Source of the DNA: an uncultured Litoreibacter sp.
GTDB taxonomy: Bacteria; Pseudomonadota; Alphaproteobacteria; Rhodobacterales; Rhodobacteraceae
DNA: 64,000 nucleotides
Direction: 5' to 3'
Assembly (NCBI GenBank): GCA_947493265.1
Contig: CANLQL010000003.1
Coordinates: 500,485-564,484, forward strand
Shown: in pieces, positions 1 through 7,792 of the stretch
Position numbering within the stretch: the stretch's first letter is position 1
Layout of the letters: the number at the start of each line of letters is the position of its first letter
The notes under the pieces: model-generated
The model's input: the letters and a program-made list of their open reading frames with translations, nothing else
Told to the model about the DNA's origin: nothing
Databases searched by the model: none
Position numbers and translations under genes: made by a program

Positions 1-700
1 GGTTTGGACACCCGGCATGAACATCAAAGGGTTTGCCCGCTTCCATCAGCGTGTTCCACAAAGGCATTCCGAACTCACTGCCTTCCAGATAAATCTCGAA
101 CCCGCCTTGTTTCGAATAGCCAGACCGCGCGATCAGCAGGTCGTGACCCTCCAGGTTGAACCATCCGTAGCGGAAAAACTTGATGTCCCGGATGCTGTCC
201 CCAAAGACAGAGGCCATTAGATCATCCGCCTTTGGGCCTTGAATGGCCAAGGGGGAGACATCAGGTTCTTCCACAAGTACATCAAGATGAAGACCAAAAG
301 CCAATCCTTTGACCCAGAGCAACAAATCGCTGTCGGCAATTGAAATCCAGTAGCGTTCGTCACTGATCTTAACAGCGACAGGATCGTTCAACATGCCGCC
401 GGTTTCATCGACAATCGGAATATACAGGCATTGGCCGGGCAGCATGCCCCGCAAGTCGCGCGGTGTCAGCATTTGCATCAGGCGACCGGCGTCCCGCCCC
501 CGCAGCTCCACCTGTCGTTCACACGACACGTCCCAAATCTGCACCGCGTCTTTGAGGTGGTGGTAGTCCTCCTCAACGCTGCGAAAAACCGTTGGCAACA
601 GCATTCGGTTGTAGACGGTGTAGCTTTTGACGCCAGCGGCTTCGACGCCGTCGGAGAATGGGGTCCGCCGCACGCGGCGCGAAGGGGCAATAGTGGCCAT
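1..700 (-). CDS. dmdA: GcvT-family aminomethyltransferase, DMSP demethylase (DmdA)-like; N-terminal part only, the rest lies outside the window
   Basis: Not in the ORF track because it runs off the window edge. Reverse-complement translation from the ATG at 700-698 gives MATIAPSRRVRRTPFSDGVEAAGVKSYTVYNRMLLPTVFRSVEEDYHHLKDAVQIWDVSCERQVELRGRDA...SGYSKQGGFEIYLEG and stays open to base 1. The N-terminal pattern matches my recollection of roseobacter/SAR11 DmdA better than canonical GcvT. It starts 4 nt after the DinB stop. Confidence 0.6.
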   Translation of the reverse strand, partial: MATIAPSRRVRRTPFSDGVEAAGVKSYTVYNRMLLPTVFRSVEEDYHHLKDAVQIWDVSCERQVELRGRDAGRLMQMLTPRDLRGMLPGQCLYIPIVDETGGMLNDPVAVKISDERYWISIADSDLLLWVKGLAFGLHLDVLVEEPDVSPLAIQGPKADDLMASVFGDSIRDIKFFRYGWFNLEGHDLLIARSGYSKQGGFEIYLEGSEFGMPLWNTLMEAGKPFDVHAGCPN

Positions 701-704
701 AGGT

Positions 705-1205
705 TTATTCCGGCATAAATGGGATATCGGTGTCGTCGGGTTTTTGTCCCGCGGCGGTCAGCATCGCGTGAATTTGGCCGCGATGATGCGTCTGGTGGTT
801 AAACAACTGCATCACACAGAGCGCCTTGGGCTTGCTGAAATCGCGGTTCATGGCACCTGAATGCCACTCAAACTGCCCAACCAAATCTATCTGCTGCACT
901 TTGTCGGCCCAACGGATGATACGCTGATCCGTGCGCAACCTGTCGTCGAGAAACGACTGAAGACTGCCATGCAATTTGGTGCTGTCGGGAATACCCGTCT
1001 TCGGACCGGTACCGCCGTCGAAACGGCTGATCCAAAGCTGGTCCCCCCATAGCAGGTGGTTGCCGGTCCCCCATAGCGAGCTGAAGAACGCTTTTCGGTC
1101 CTTCTGAAGCTCGGTCAGTCCCAGCGCCTTGAAGCACCGCATAACGCTTTGGTTTTGCCACGCATTATAGCGCGCCATTGTCCGGCAATATTCGGCCGAA
1201 ATCAT
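705..1205 (-). CDS. DinB-family (DUF664-like) metal-dependent protein
   Basis: 166-aa ORF. The C-terminal NHQTHHRGQ motif and spaced His residues are typical of the DinB four-helix-bundle family. The ATG at 1205 lies 3 nt after the upstream stop. Confidence 0.75.
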   Translation of the reverse strand: MISAEYCRTMARYNAWQNQSVMRCFKALGLTELQKDRKAFFSSLWGTGNHLLWGDQLWISRFDGGTGPKTGIPDSTKLHGSLQSFLDDRLRTDQRIIRWADKVQQIDLVGQFEWHSGAMNRDFSKPKALCVMQLFNHQTHHRGQIHAMLTAAGQKPDDTDIPFMPE

Positions 1206-1208
1206 GGT

Positions 1209-1907
1209 TTAAGGACCTGACCAGGAGATCGGGCAGATCTCGGCCGAATTGCCTCCAAAATCCCAGACCCGACCGTAGTCGCGGACTTTCGACTTGATGC
1301 CAACCGCTGCAATGATATCGGGACCCATCCAGTATTTGGTGTTCGATACCAAAACAGGATGATCAGGCGATGCGCCTGCCAGCATTTCAATCTCACCCTG
1401 AATTTTGCGGCCAATCATAATCGACCGCTTTTTGCCGTCGCGGACGATCTCGACCGGTGCGCGCTCGGCACCGATGATCTCAGACACCAGCATGGTGAAC
1501 AATCCGGTCGTTCCACCGGCCGCACCAGAAAAGATTTTCAGGATGCCGTTATAGGCTTTTTGTGTCGCGTTTTCATCGACATAGGCGGCGACCTTCCAGT
1601 TGCCTTCGCCCATCCGACCGGGGATATCTACCAGCAGGCCGATATTCAGACCGGCCAAGCTTTCACCTTCGAAATGACCGTCGTCAATGGCGATGGCCAT
1701 CCAGGCATGGCAATGCCCTTCTGTCGGGGGATGCGCACCCAGCGACACGACGCAGGGGCAAAAAACGGTGCAAGAACAGTTGAGAAAAAGTTCGCCGTTG
1801 ATCTCCCAATTGGTGGGCTCTTTGCGCCGCCTGCGAGGGTTCATGCGGCTGTCGATCTTTTGCATGACCTGCAAGCGATCCGATGGTTTCCGCTCTTTTT
1901 TCGCCAT
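1209..1907 (-). CDS. DUF1326 domain protein
   Basis: The track ORF 1209..2210 was trimmed to the internal ATG at 1907 (MAKKERKPSDRLQ...). The upstream part overlaps the DUF2182 gene in another frame. The Cys-rich core NCSCTVFCPCVV...HCHAW is typical of DUF1326, which normally pairs with DUF2182. Confidence 0.75.
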   Translation of the reverse strand: MAKKERKPSDRLQVMQKIDSRMNPRRRRKEPTNWEINGELFLNCSCTVFCPCVVSLGAHPPTEGHCHAWMAIAIDDGHFEGESLAGLNIGLLVDIPGRMGEGNWKVAAYVDENATQKAYNGILKIFSGAAGGTTGLFTMLVSEIIGAERAPVEIVRDGKKRSIMIGRKIQGEIEMLAGASPDHPVLVSNTKYWMGPDIIAAVGIKSKVRDYGRVWDFGGNSAEICPISWSGP

Positions 1908-1918
1908 ATCCAAATCCT

Positions 1919-2767
1919 CTAAATTAGTCCGTAGCCAATAACGGCAATTCCGGCCAGCATCAGCAAAACACCCATGGGTCGGGTGACCACATGTCCGATC
2001 TGCGGAAGCTTTTCGATAACCATGAACAAGGTCGCCAGCCCCATCCAAAGCAGGTTCATAACGCCACCGACAAAGCCCAAGGCCATGAAGCCCCAGCAAC
2101 ATCCAACGCAATAAGCCCCTAGTGCGAGCCCCATGCTCAAGCCGCCAGAAAAACCGGTTTTCCAATGGCCTAAGAAGTATTGCATCGGGGCGTGGCAAAC
2201 ACCGTGGCAAACTTCTTTAACGCGGCTGAACTGGAACAAGCCTACAATGATGAGCAGAAGACCTGCAAACCAAAGGGAGTTTGCAATCCCCATGCTGTCA
2301 ATGACGCCAGAGCGCACTAACCATATCTGTACGCCTGCGATTGCGGCTGCGAACACAACCCAGACAGCGAAATATCCCAGAACGACACCCAACCATCCGG
2401 CACGGCTGCCATTCGCGCTGACCATCAGGTCTTCGTAGCTGCGCAGGGTCGGCACCATGGTCGGCAGCATCATCGCCGCCATCATGATTGCCCACATTGG
2501 AAACAGCGTGCCGAAGGTGGTCATGGACATCATCGCCATACCGTCCATGGTCTGTCCGGACATCTCGCCGCCCATCCCCTGCCCAGCGGTCATGCTTTGG
2601 CCGTCTGACATCCCTTGACCGGCACCCATCGCCGGGCCGTCCATCATCGTCATGCGTCCGAAGAAATCCAGGCCCATGCCCTGCGCCATCGAGAACATGA
2701 CCCACCATGCCGCAAGGATTGCCGCAAAGAAGCCAAGCCATAGTGAGGATCTCAGGATTACGGACAT
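1919..2767 (-). CDS. DUF2182 family predicted metal-binding integral membrane protein
   Basis: Multi-pass hydrophobic ORF. The ATG is at 2767; the track start at 2770 is GTG. It carries a Met/Gly-rich N-proximal segment, conserved Cys/His residues near the C-terminus (CHGVCHAP, CVGCCWG), and a canonical DUF1326 partner immediately downstream. Confidence 0.75.
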   Translation of the reverse strand: MSVILRSSLWLGFFAAILAAWWVMFSMAQGMGLDFFGRMTMMDGPAMGAGQGMSDGQSMTAGQGMGGEMSGQTMDGMAMMSMTTFGTLFPMWAIMMAAMMLPTMVPTLRSYEDLMVSANGSRAGWLGVVLGYFAVWVVFAAAIAGVQIWLVRSGVIDSMGIANSLWFAGLLLIIVGLFQFSRVKEVCHGVCHAPMQYFLGHWKTGFSGGLSMGLALGAYCVGCCWGFMALGFVGGVMNLLWMGLATLFMVIEKLPQIGHVVTRPMGVLLMLAGIAVIGYGLI

Positions 2768-2797
2768 CACGCCTCCCGCCGCGACTCATGTGTTGAT

Positions 2798-2847
2798 TTT
2801 TAAATGTCAGACTTTTAAATGTCAGACAAATGATTTATTTGTCCGAC
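2798..2847. promoter_or_regulatory. Putative GntR-type operator: perfect tandem 15-bp direct repeat plus an inverted repeat in the divergent promoter region
   Basis: TTTTAAATGTCAGAC occurs twice back to back (2798-2812 and 2813-2827), and each copy contains TGT-N3-AC. Next comes GTCAGACAAAT-N5-ATTTGTCCGAC (2821-2847), a 10/11 inverted repeat ending 2 nt before the regulator's ATG. Confidence 0.5.
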
Positions 2848-2848
2848 A

Positions 2849-3599
2849 TATGAAAATTGATCCAAACAGCTCCAAAGATCTGTCTGTGCAGATCGCCACG
2901 GCCATTCGCGACGCAATCATCTCGGGCGATTTGATTGTCGATGAACGCTTGCCGTCTGAATCGGACCTGAGTGAACAATATGAAGTGTCTCGGTCAACCG
3001 TGCGCGAAGCCTTGAAACGTCTTGCGGCCCAAAACCTGATCCGGACCCAACGAGGGGCGACCGGTGGGGCATTTATCAACCGGCTAACCTTTGAAGACGC
3101 CTATGGCCAGCAGATCACCACGTCTACGCTGCTCTTGTCGATGAATGAGGTCAGCCTGACCACGGCTTGCGAAGCACGGTTCGCCCTTGAGCGGTCTTGC
3201 ATCCCGCTTGCCGCGATCCGCAGAAACGACACACATCTTGGAAAGATGCGACAAGAAATCCAACGCCAGACCCAAGACGGGCTGAGCGACGAGGATTTTT
3301 GCGCCTCAGATGTCAGCTTTCACCGGGCGCTTGTCGATAGTGCTCAAAACCCGGTGCTGTCCTACCAACTGGCCGGGGCGGTTGAGGCGATGCAGCCTTT
3401 GATGAACATGATCACCTACACGGCACGCAACCGAGTCAAGATCATCGCGCTTCATGCTGGGATCGCCGACGCGATTGAAGCAGGCGATGCAGCTTTAGCG
3501 GAGTTTTCGCTGAAAGACCTCGAAGCCTATACGATCGAATTGGCGCATGACGTGCTGAGCAAACAGAAAGACAAGGGCCGCCCGCAAGCGCAGGCTTGA
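2849..3599 (+). CDS. GntR-family transcriptional regulator, FadR subfamily (FCD domain)
   Basis: Track ORF 2652..3599 was trimmed to the ATG at 2849 (MKIDPNSSKDLSVQIATAIRDAIISGDL...LPSESDLSEQYEVSRSTVREALKRL). It has a winged-HTH N-terminus and an all-helical C-terminal domain. It is divergent from the DUF2182 operon. Confidence 0.85.
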
Positions 3600-3761
3600 C
3601 CCCTCCTCCGATCAAATTCCAAGATTGCCTTGCTGCCTTCACGGCCAATTCAGTTGGCAATTGTCGCGAACCCTGTAGGCTGGCCCAATTAATCGGGGCC
3701 CAATGCGTAAATTCTTTTCCTCACTCACCAAAATTCTACGACGTCCAAAGGCACGACCCGC

Positions 3762-4403
3762 GTGAGGTTTGCGGCCCGCCTTTTGCTGTGTTTCGCCGCG
3801 GTTGTCGCGCTGGTTCTTCTGTCGAATGCGTTGGTTGAAATTTTTGCGATGAACCTGATGGAGGAAAACGCGGTCGCCTCTTCGTCAATGATGCGCAACA
3901 TCCTGTTTGCCGGCGCGGCGGTTTATGCTGTTCTACTGGCCGTCCCGTTTGTTCCTGGGGCAGAGATTGGCATTACGCTTCTAACGCTTTTTGGAACCCA
4001 AGCTGCGGTACTGGTCTATTTGGCGACGGTAGTCGGTCTGTCGATTGCCTTTATCATTGGCCAATTGGTTCCAGCCAAAACCGTCAGCGATTGGTTGCTG
4101 TGGTTTGGACTGATCCGCGCGGCAGAGATGATCGCGAGAACGGCAGACTTACCCCCCGAGGCCCGCCTAAGGGCGATGATTTCAACAGCGGACAAATCCT
4201 GGATGCCGTTTTTGTTGCGTCACCGCTATATCGCTGTTGCCTTGGCGCTCAACATCCCCGGCAATTTTCTGATCGGGGGCGGCGGTGGTATCGCGATGGT
4301 CGCAGGCCTCAGCAAGCTGTTTTCACCCCTGAAATTTCTGGTTGCCATTGCGCTTGGCGTTTTGCCGATCCCGTTGGCCCTGATGATTTACGGCCAACTA
4401 TGA
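3762..4403 (+). CDS. Hypothetical integral membrane protein
   Basis: 213-aa ORF with a GTG start and several hydrophobic helices. I do not recognise a family signature. Confidence 0.5.
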   Translation: MRFAARLLLCFAAVVALVLLSNALVEIFAMNLMEENAVASSSMMRNILFAGAAVYAVLLAVPFVPGAEIGITLLTLFGTQAAVLVYLATVVGLSIAFIIGQLVPAKTVSDWLLWFGLIRAAEMIARTADLPPEARLRAMISTADKSWMPFLLRHRYIAVALALNIPGNFLIGGGGGIAMVAGLSKLFSPLKFLVAIALGVLPIPLALMIYGQL

Positions 4404-4425
4404 CGCGCTCCTGGCGCTTGTAAGA

Positions 4426-4454
4426 TTGCAATCGCTTAGCTCGCCACCTATATC
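4426..4454 (+). promoter_or_regulatory. Sigma70-like promoter candidate for ssrA
   Basis: TTGCAA (4426-4431), a 17-nt spacer, then TATATC (4449-4454). This places a start near 4461, at the 5' hairpin GTCC-TTCG-GGAC. Confidence 0.4.
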
Positions 4455-4460
4455 TGGAAT

Positions 4461-4800
4461 GTCCTTCGGGACTATGGACATAAACGCGCTCGTAATAAGC
4501 GGATCGGACCCGGGGGCGGTACCCGGCGACTCCACCAAACTCCTTCATTTGGGGACCATGGGGTCGAAATAGGATCGACGAACGTCTAAAGGGGTTTGCT
4601 TTGTCTCGGTGAGTTACCACCGTTATCGGTACATTTAAGCTAGTTGCAAATGACAACAAAGCTCCAATGGCTCTCGCAGCGTAAGCTGTGCGAAACATTG
4701 AAATTTAAGCCCTTGCGCCTAGCCGCGTAAGGCGGGGTTCGCAGGCACCTGGCAACAGAAGCCTGCACTTCCCTGCTTATCTGACCTCTCATTTCTGCCC
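4461..4800 (+). ncRNA. ssrA: tmRNA (ssrA), circularly permuted two-piece alphaproteobacterial type; both ends approximate
   Basis: The acceptor piece ends ...GGAC-CCGGG-GGCGGTA-CCCGG-CGACTCC-ACCA, with CCA at 4535-4537. After a 22-nt spacer the coding piece begins GGGGTCGAAATAGGATCGACG (4560-). GGGGTCG pairs with CGACTCC and includes the G3:U alanine identity pair. The tag ORF GCA AAT GAC AAC AAA GCT CCA ATG GCT CTC GCA GCG TAA (4646-4684) encodes ANDNKAPMALAA. Confidence 0.85.
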
Positions 4801-4877
4801 GGCCCCTTTCCATCGCGGGGGAATCTATTATGGTTAAAACTCCCTGTGAGTCTCCTAACCGGAAGAGGGACAGACCT

Positions 4878-5378
4878 ATGCCTGACACGATCCATTACGG
4901 AAACATGATGCACCGTGCGATGCGCGGGTTGATCGCCGAGGTCTTGCAGGATGTTGCAGACAATGGGTTGCCGGGCGAACACCACTTCTTCATCACATTT
5001 GACACACAACACCCGGATGTGGAGATGGCCGATTGGCTGTTTGACCGCTATCCGGAGGAAATGACGATTGTCATCCAGCATTGGTTCGATGGTTTGGTCG
5101 TGGCTCCTGAAGGCTTCCAGATCACCCTGAATTTCGGGGACAATCCGGAACCGCTGTCTGTTCCGTTCGATGCGATCCGCACCTTTGTTGATCCGTCGGT
5201 GGAATTCGGTCTGCGCTTTGAAAGTCATGACGAAGACGACACGGATATCGTCGAATTGCCGGATCTGGACCTGACAGAACTTGTGTCGACGCCCAAATCC
5301 GACGACACTGCGCCCGCAACCCCGGTGGTTGAAGAAAAGGCCGCCGACGTTGTGTCACTGGACAGTTTCCGCAAATAA
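4878..5378 (+). CDS. sspB: ClpXP adaptor SspB (alphaproteobacterial type)
   Basis: Track ORF 4830..5378 was trimmed to the ATG at 4878, with a GGAAGAGGGA ribosome-binding site upstream. GLPGEHHFFITFDT...YPEEMTIVIQHWF...FVDPSVEFGLRF resembles Caulobacter SspB. An acidic linker is followed by the tail VVSLDSFRK, which looks like a ClpX-binding tail. Confidence 0.8.
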   Translation: MPDTIHYGNMMHRAMRGLIAEVLQDVADNGLPGEHHFFITFDTQHPDVEMADWLFDRYPEEMTIVIQHWFDGLVVAPEGFQITLNFGDNPEPLSVPFDAIRTFVDPSVEFGLRFESHDEDDTDIVELPDLDLTELVSTPKSDDTAPATPVVEEKAADVVSLDSFRK

Positions 5379-5480
5379 CACCTGCCTGCCCATTCGCGGC
5401 TTGCAGCCTCCGTCTTCGCAATTGCCCCCTCCCAGCTTGCGCGGTACATACGCGTAACGCCAGTTTCAGGAGAGCATGAC

Positions 5481-6872
5481 ATGACCGCCACCCGTACCGA
5501 AACCGACAGCTTTGGCCCGCTGGAAGTTCCTTCAGACAAGTATTGGGGCGCGCAGACGCAACGCTCGATCATGAACTTCCCGATTGGTTGGGAAAAGCAG
5601 CCAGTTGCGATTGTGCGCGGGCTTGGTGTGATCAAACAGGCCTGTGCACAGGCCAATAAAGCGTCCGGAAAACTTGATGCAAAACTGGCTGATGCAATCA
5701 TTCAAGCCGCATCCGAGGTCGTAGAGGGCAAGTTTGACGACAACTTCCCGCTGGTCGTGTGGCAAACCGGTTCCGGCACGCAATCGAACATGAACGCCAA
5801 TGAAGTGATCGCCAACCGCGCGATTGAAATTCTGGGCGGTGAGATTGGGTCGAAAACACCTGTTCACCCGAATGATCACTGCAATATGGGGCAAAGCTCC
5901 AACGATACCTTCCCGACCGCGATGCATATCGCAACCGCGACAACTGCCCATGACGTGCTGCTGCCTGGTCTGGCGCATCTGCATGCCAGCCTTGACATGA
6001 AAGTGCAGACTTGGGGCGATATCATCAAAATTGGCCGCACGCACACGATGGACGCGACACCTTTGACATTGTCGCAGGAATTTTCCGGCTATGCCCACCA
6101 AGTCGCAATGGGGATCGAGCGTGTGAAAGCCGCATTGAGTCGAATTTATGAGCTGGCTCAGGGCGGCACGGCGGTGGGCACTGGCCTGAACACCTCCGAT
6201 GGTTGGGGCGAAACGGTTGCAGCCAATATGGCAGAGATTACCGGCCTGCCTTTTGTAACGGCCCCGAACAAGTTTGAAGCCCTGGCCGCCCATGACGCCA
6301 TGGTCGAGATGTCGGGTGCCGTGAAAACTGTCGCTGGCAGCTTGTTCAAGATTGCCAATGACATTCGGCTGCTTGGCTCTGGTCCCCGCTGTGGTTTGGG
6401 CGAATTGATGCTGCCTGAGAATGAACCGGGATCGTCCATCATGCCTGGCAAGGTGAACCCGACCCAATGTGAGGCGATGACGCAAGTCTGCGCGCATGTC
6501 TTCGGTAATGACGCGGCGATCGGGTTTGCGGGGTCCCAAGGGCATTTTGAGCTGAACGTCTACAAGCCAATGATGGCCTATAACCTGTTGCAATCCATGC
6601 AACTTTTGGGCGACGCCTGCATGGCCTTTACCGATAACTGCGTTGCCGGGATCGAACCGGACCGGGCGAGGATCGAAAAGCTGATGCGCGAAAGCCTGAT
6701 GCTTGTGACTGCCCTGGCCCCGGAAATTGGCTATGACAACGCGACCACCGTTGCCAAAACCGCCCATAAAAACGGCACAACCTTGCGCGAAGAAGCCATT
6801 GCGCTTGGATTTGTCGACGGGGACACGTTCGACAAGGTTGTGCGGCCCGAAAAGATGATCGGGCCGAAATGA
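5481..6872 (+). CDS. fumC: Class II fumarate hydratase
   Basis: 463 aa with the [15 protein letters not shown] signature and full-length similarity to FumC. Confidence 0.95.
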   Translation: MTATRTETDSFGPLEVPSDKYWGAQTQRSIMNFPIGWEKQPVAIVRGLGVIKQACAQANKASGKLDAKLADAIIQAASEVVEGKFDDNFPLVVWQTGSGTQSNMNANEVIANRAIEILGGEIGSKTPVHPNDHCNMGQSSNDTFPTAMHIATATTAHDVLLPGLAHLHASLDMKVQTWGDIIKIGRTHTMDATPLTLSQEFSGYAHQVAMGIERVKAALSRIYELAQGGTAVGTGLNTSDGWGETVAANMAEITGLPFVTAPNKFEALAAHDAMVEMSGAVKTVAGSLFKIANDIRLLGSGPRCGLGELMLPENEPGSSIMPGKVNPTQCEAMTQVCAHVFGNDAAIGFAGSQGHFELNVYKPMMAYNLLQSMQLLGDACMAFTDNCVAGIEPDRARIEKLMRESLMLVTALAPEIGYDNATTVAKTAHKNGTTLREEAIALGFVDGDTFDKVVRPEKMIGPK

Positions 6873-7042
6873 GTACGATCAGTTTTCGACAGGCCAAAAA
6901 GCGCGTGGAACGTGCCCGCAAATCAAAAGCGGGTGCTGCGAATGCTGCAAAGTTCGGCCGAACGAAAGCGGACAAAGACACTGAGCGCGCGTTGAAAGAG
7001 AAGGCCCGCGCACATCTTGACCAGCACAAGTTGGACCGCTGA
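6869..7042 (+). CDS. Small basic protein, DUF4169-like
   Basis: Below the track cutoff (57 aa): [57 protein letters not shown]. Its ATG overlaps the fumC stop (ATGA), and its stop overlaps the next ATG (TGATG). Confidence 0.5.
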   Translation: MSTISFRQAKKRVERARKSKAGAANAAKFGRTKADKDTERALKEKARAHLDQHKLDR

Positions 7043-7275
7043 TGGCGCGGCCCAAGAAACACTCCGTCACCCTGCGCGGGCACCGGACGTCTATTTCGCT
7101 GGAAGATGAGTTTTGGCGGGGGTTTTGTGAGATCGCCACTGCCCGTGGGTTGGCGCTAAATGAACTTGCCGCTGAAATTGACGAAGGCCGCACGATGGAA
7201 TGCGGCCTTGCGTCAGAAATTCGTCTTTATGTCTTGCGCTACTATCAGCAGATGGCTCAGGCCACGTCACCGTAA
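7042..7275 (+). CDS. Ribbon-helix-helix domain protein (RHH_4-like)
   Basis: 77 aa. KKHSVTLRGHRTSISLEDEFW...IA...G.SLNELAAEID is typical of the alphaproteobacterial RHH family. It is translationally coupled to the preceding small ORF. Confidence 0.65.
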   Translation: MARPKKHSVTLRGHRTSISLEDEFWRGFCEIATARGLALNELAAEIDEGRTMECGLASEIRLYVLRYYQQMAQATSP

Positions 7276-7535
7276 AGCGCTTCGCGTGCACGGCTCGACA
7301 GGCCTTGCGTGTCACACCGGTTCACAGCGCGCTCGGAACGCATGAACGACTTCAGATCTTTTGAGATCTGGTTGCGCAGCTCGTCATTCGTCGTGACGAC
7401 TTCTGGAACAGGCCGTTGACCAACCCGGATTGCGGGAATGGCGATACGCAACATTGAAGACTTCGAAACACTAAACTCATTAAGGCGATCTAAAATATAC
7501 ATGTCATCCCCCCATAGGATTTCTGTAATGGACAC
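7257..7535 (-). CDS. Hypothetical small protein (92 aa, or 81 aa if it starts at MYILDRL)
   Basis: ORF with normal GC3, preceded by an AT-rich 257-bp region carrying a CtrA box. No family recognised. Its 3' end overlaps the convergent RHH gene by 19 nt. Confidence 0.45.
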   Translation of the reverse strand: MSITEILWGDDMYILDRLNEFSVSKSSMLRIAIPAIRVGQRPVPEVVTTNDELRNQISKDLKSFMRSERAVNRCDTQGLSSRAREALYGDVA

Positions 7536-7636
7536 CTTTAGGCAAGATTTAGCCTATTTCTGCACGGGGAAGAAAAAAACATTTGCTTCATATTTGAAGT
7601 CTTCCCGTGAAGATTCGGTGTAAGCCCCTTATTTTC

Positions 7637-7651
7637 TTAATGAATCGTTAA
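7637..7651. promoter_or_regulatory. CtrA-box candidate (TTAA-N7-TTAA)
   Basis: TTAATGAATCGTTAA lies about 100 bp upstream of the small ORF's start at 7535. Confidence 0.45.
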
Positions 7652-7792
7652 TCCGTGTGACCAAAAAAACACAAACCGACGTAGCGGCAATTTTTGGACC
7701 CGGTGGTAATTCACACGGTCTTTGTTTCCAGTTCGAAAACAATACACCATGTATGACGCAATCGTTTTCGAAAAGGAAGAATCGCAGCAGGG

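Noticed and set aside
5532-6767. Long antisense ORFs inside well-supported genes. Examples: 5532..6767(-) in fumC, 8063..9259(+) in the P450 gene, 11160..12704(+) in the oxidoreductase gene, 21083..21958(+) in tkt, 23773..24489(-) in gap, 26922..27665(-) in pgk, 29855..30637(-) in pdhA, 40324..41178(+) in g13, 48466..49089(+) in terL and 52135..52872(+) in fabF.
   Set aside because: These are typical shadow ORFs of GC-rich DNA. Their translations are Arg/Gly/His/Pro-rich with no family signatures, and each is fully covered by a gene with strong homology-type evidence on the other strand.
7257-7535. Identification of the 92-aa CtrA-box-associated ORF as the CtrA inhibitor SciP.
   Set aside because: As I recall them, SciP homologues belong to the DUF1153-type family and lie next to ctrA in Rhodobacterales. 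This sequence does not resemble that pattern, and no ctrA gene is adjacent.
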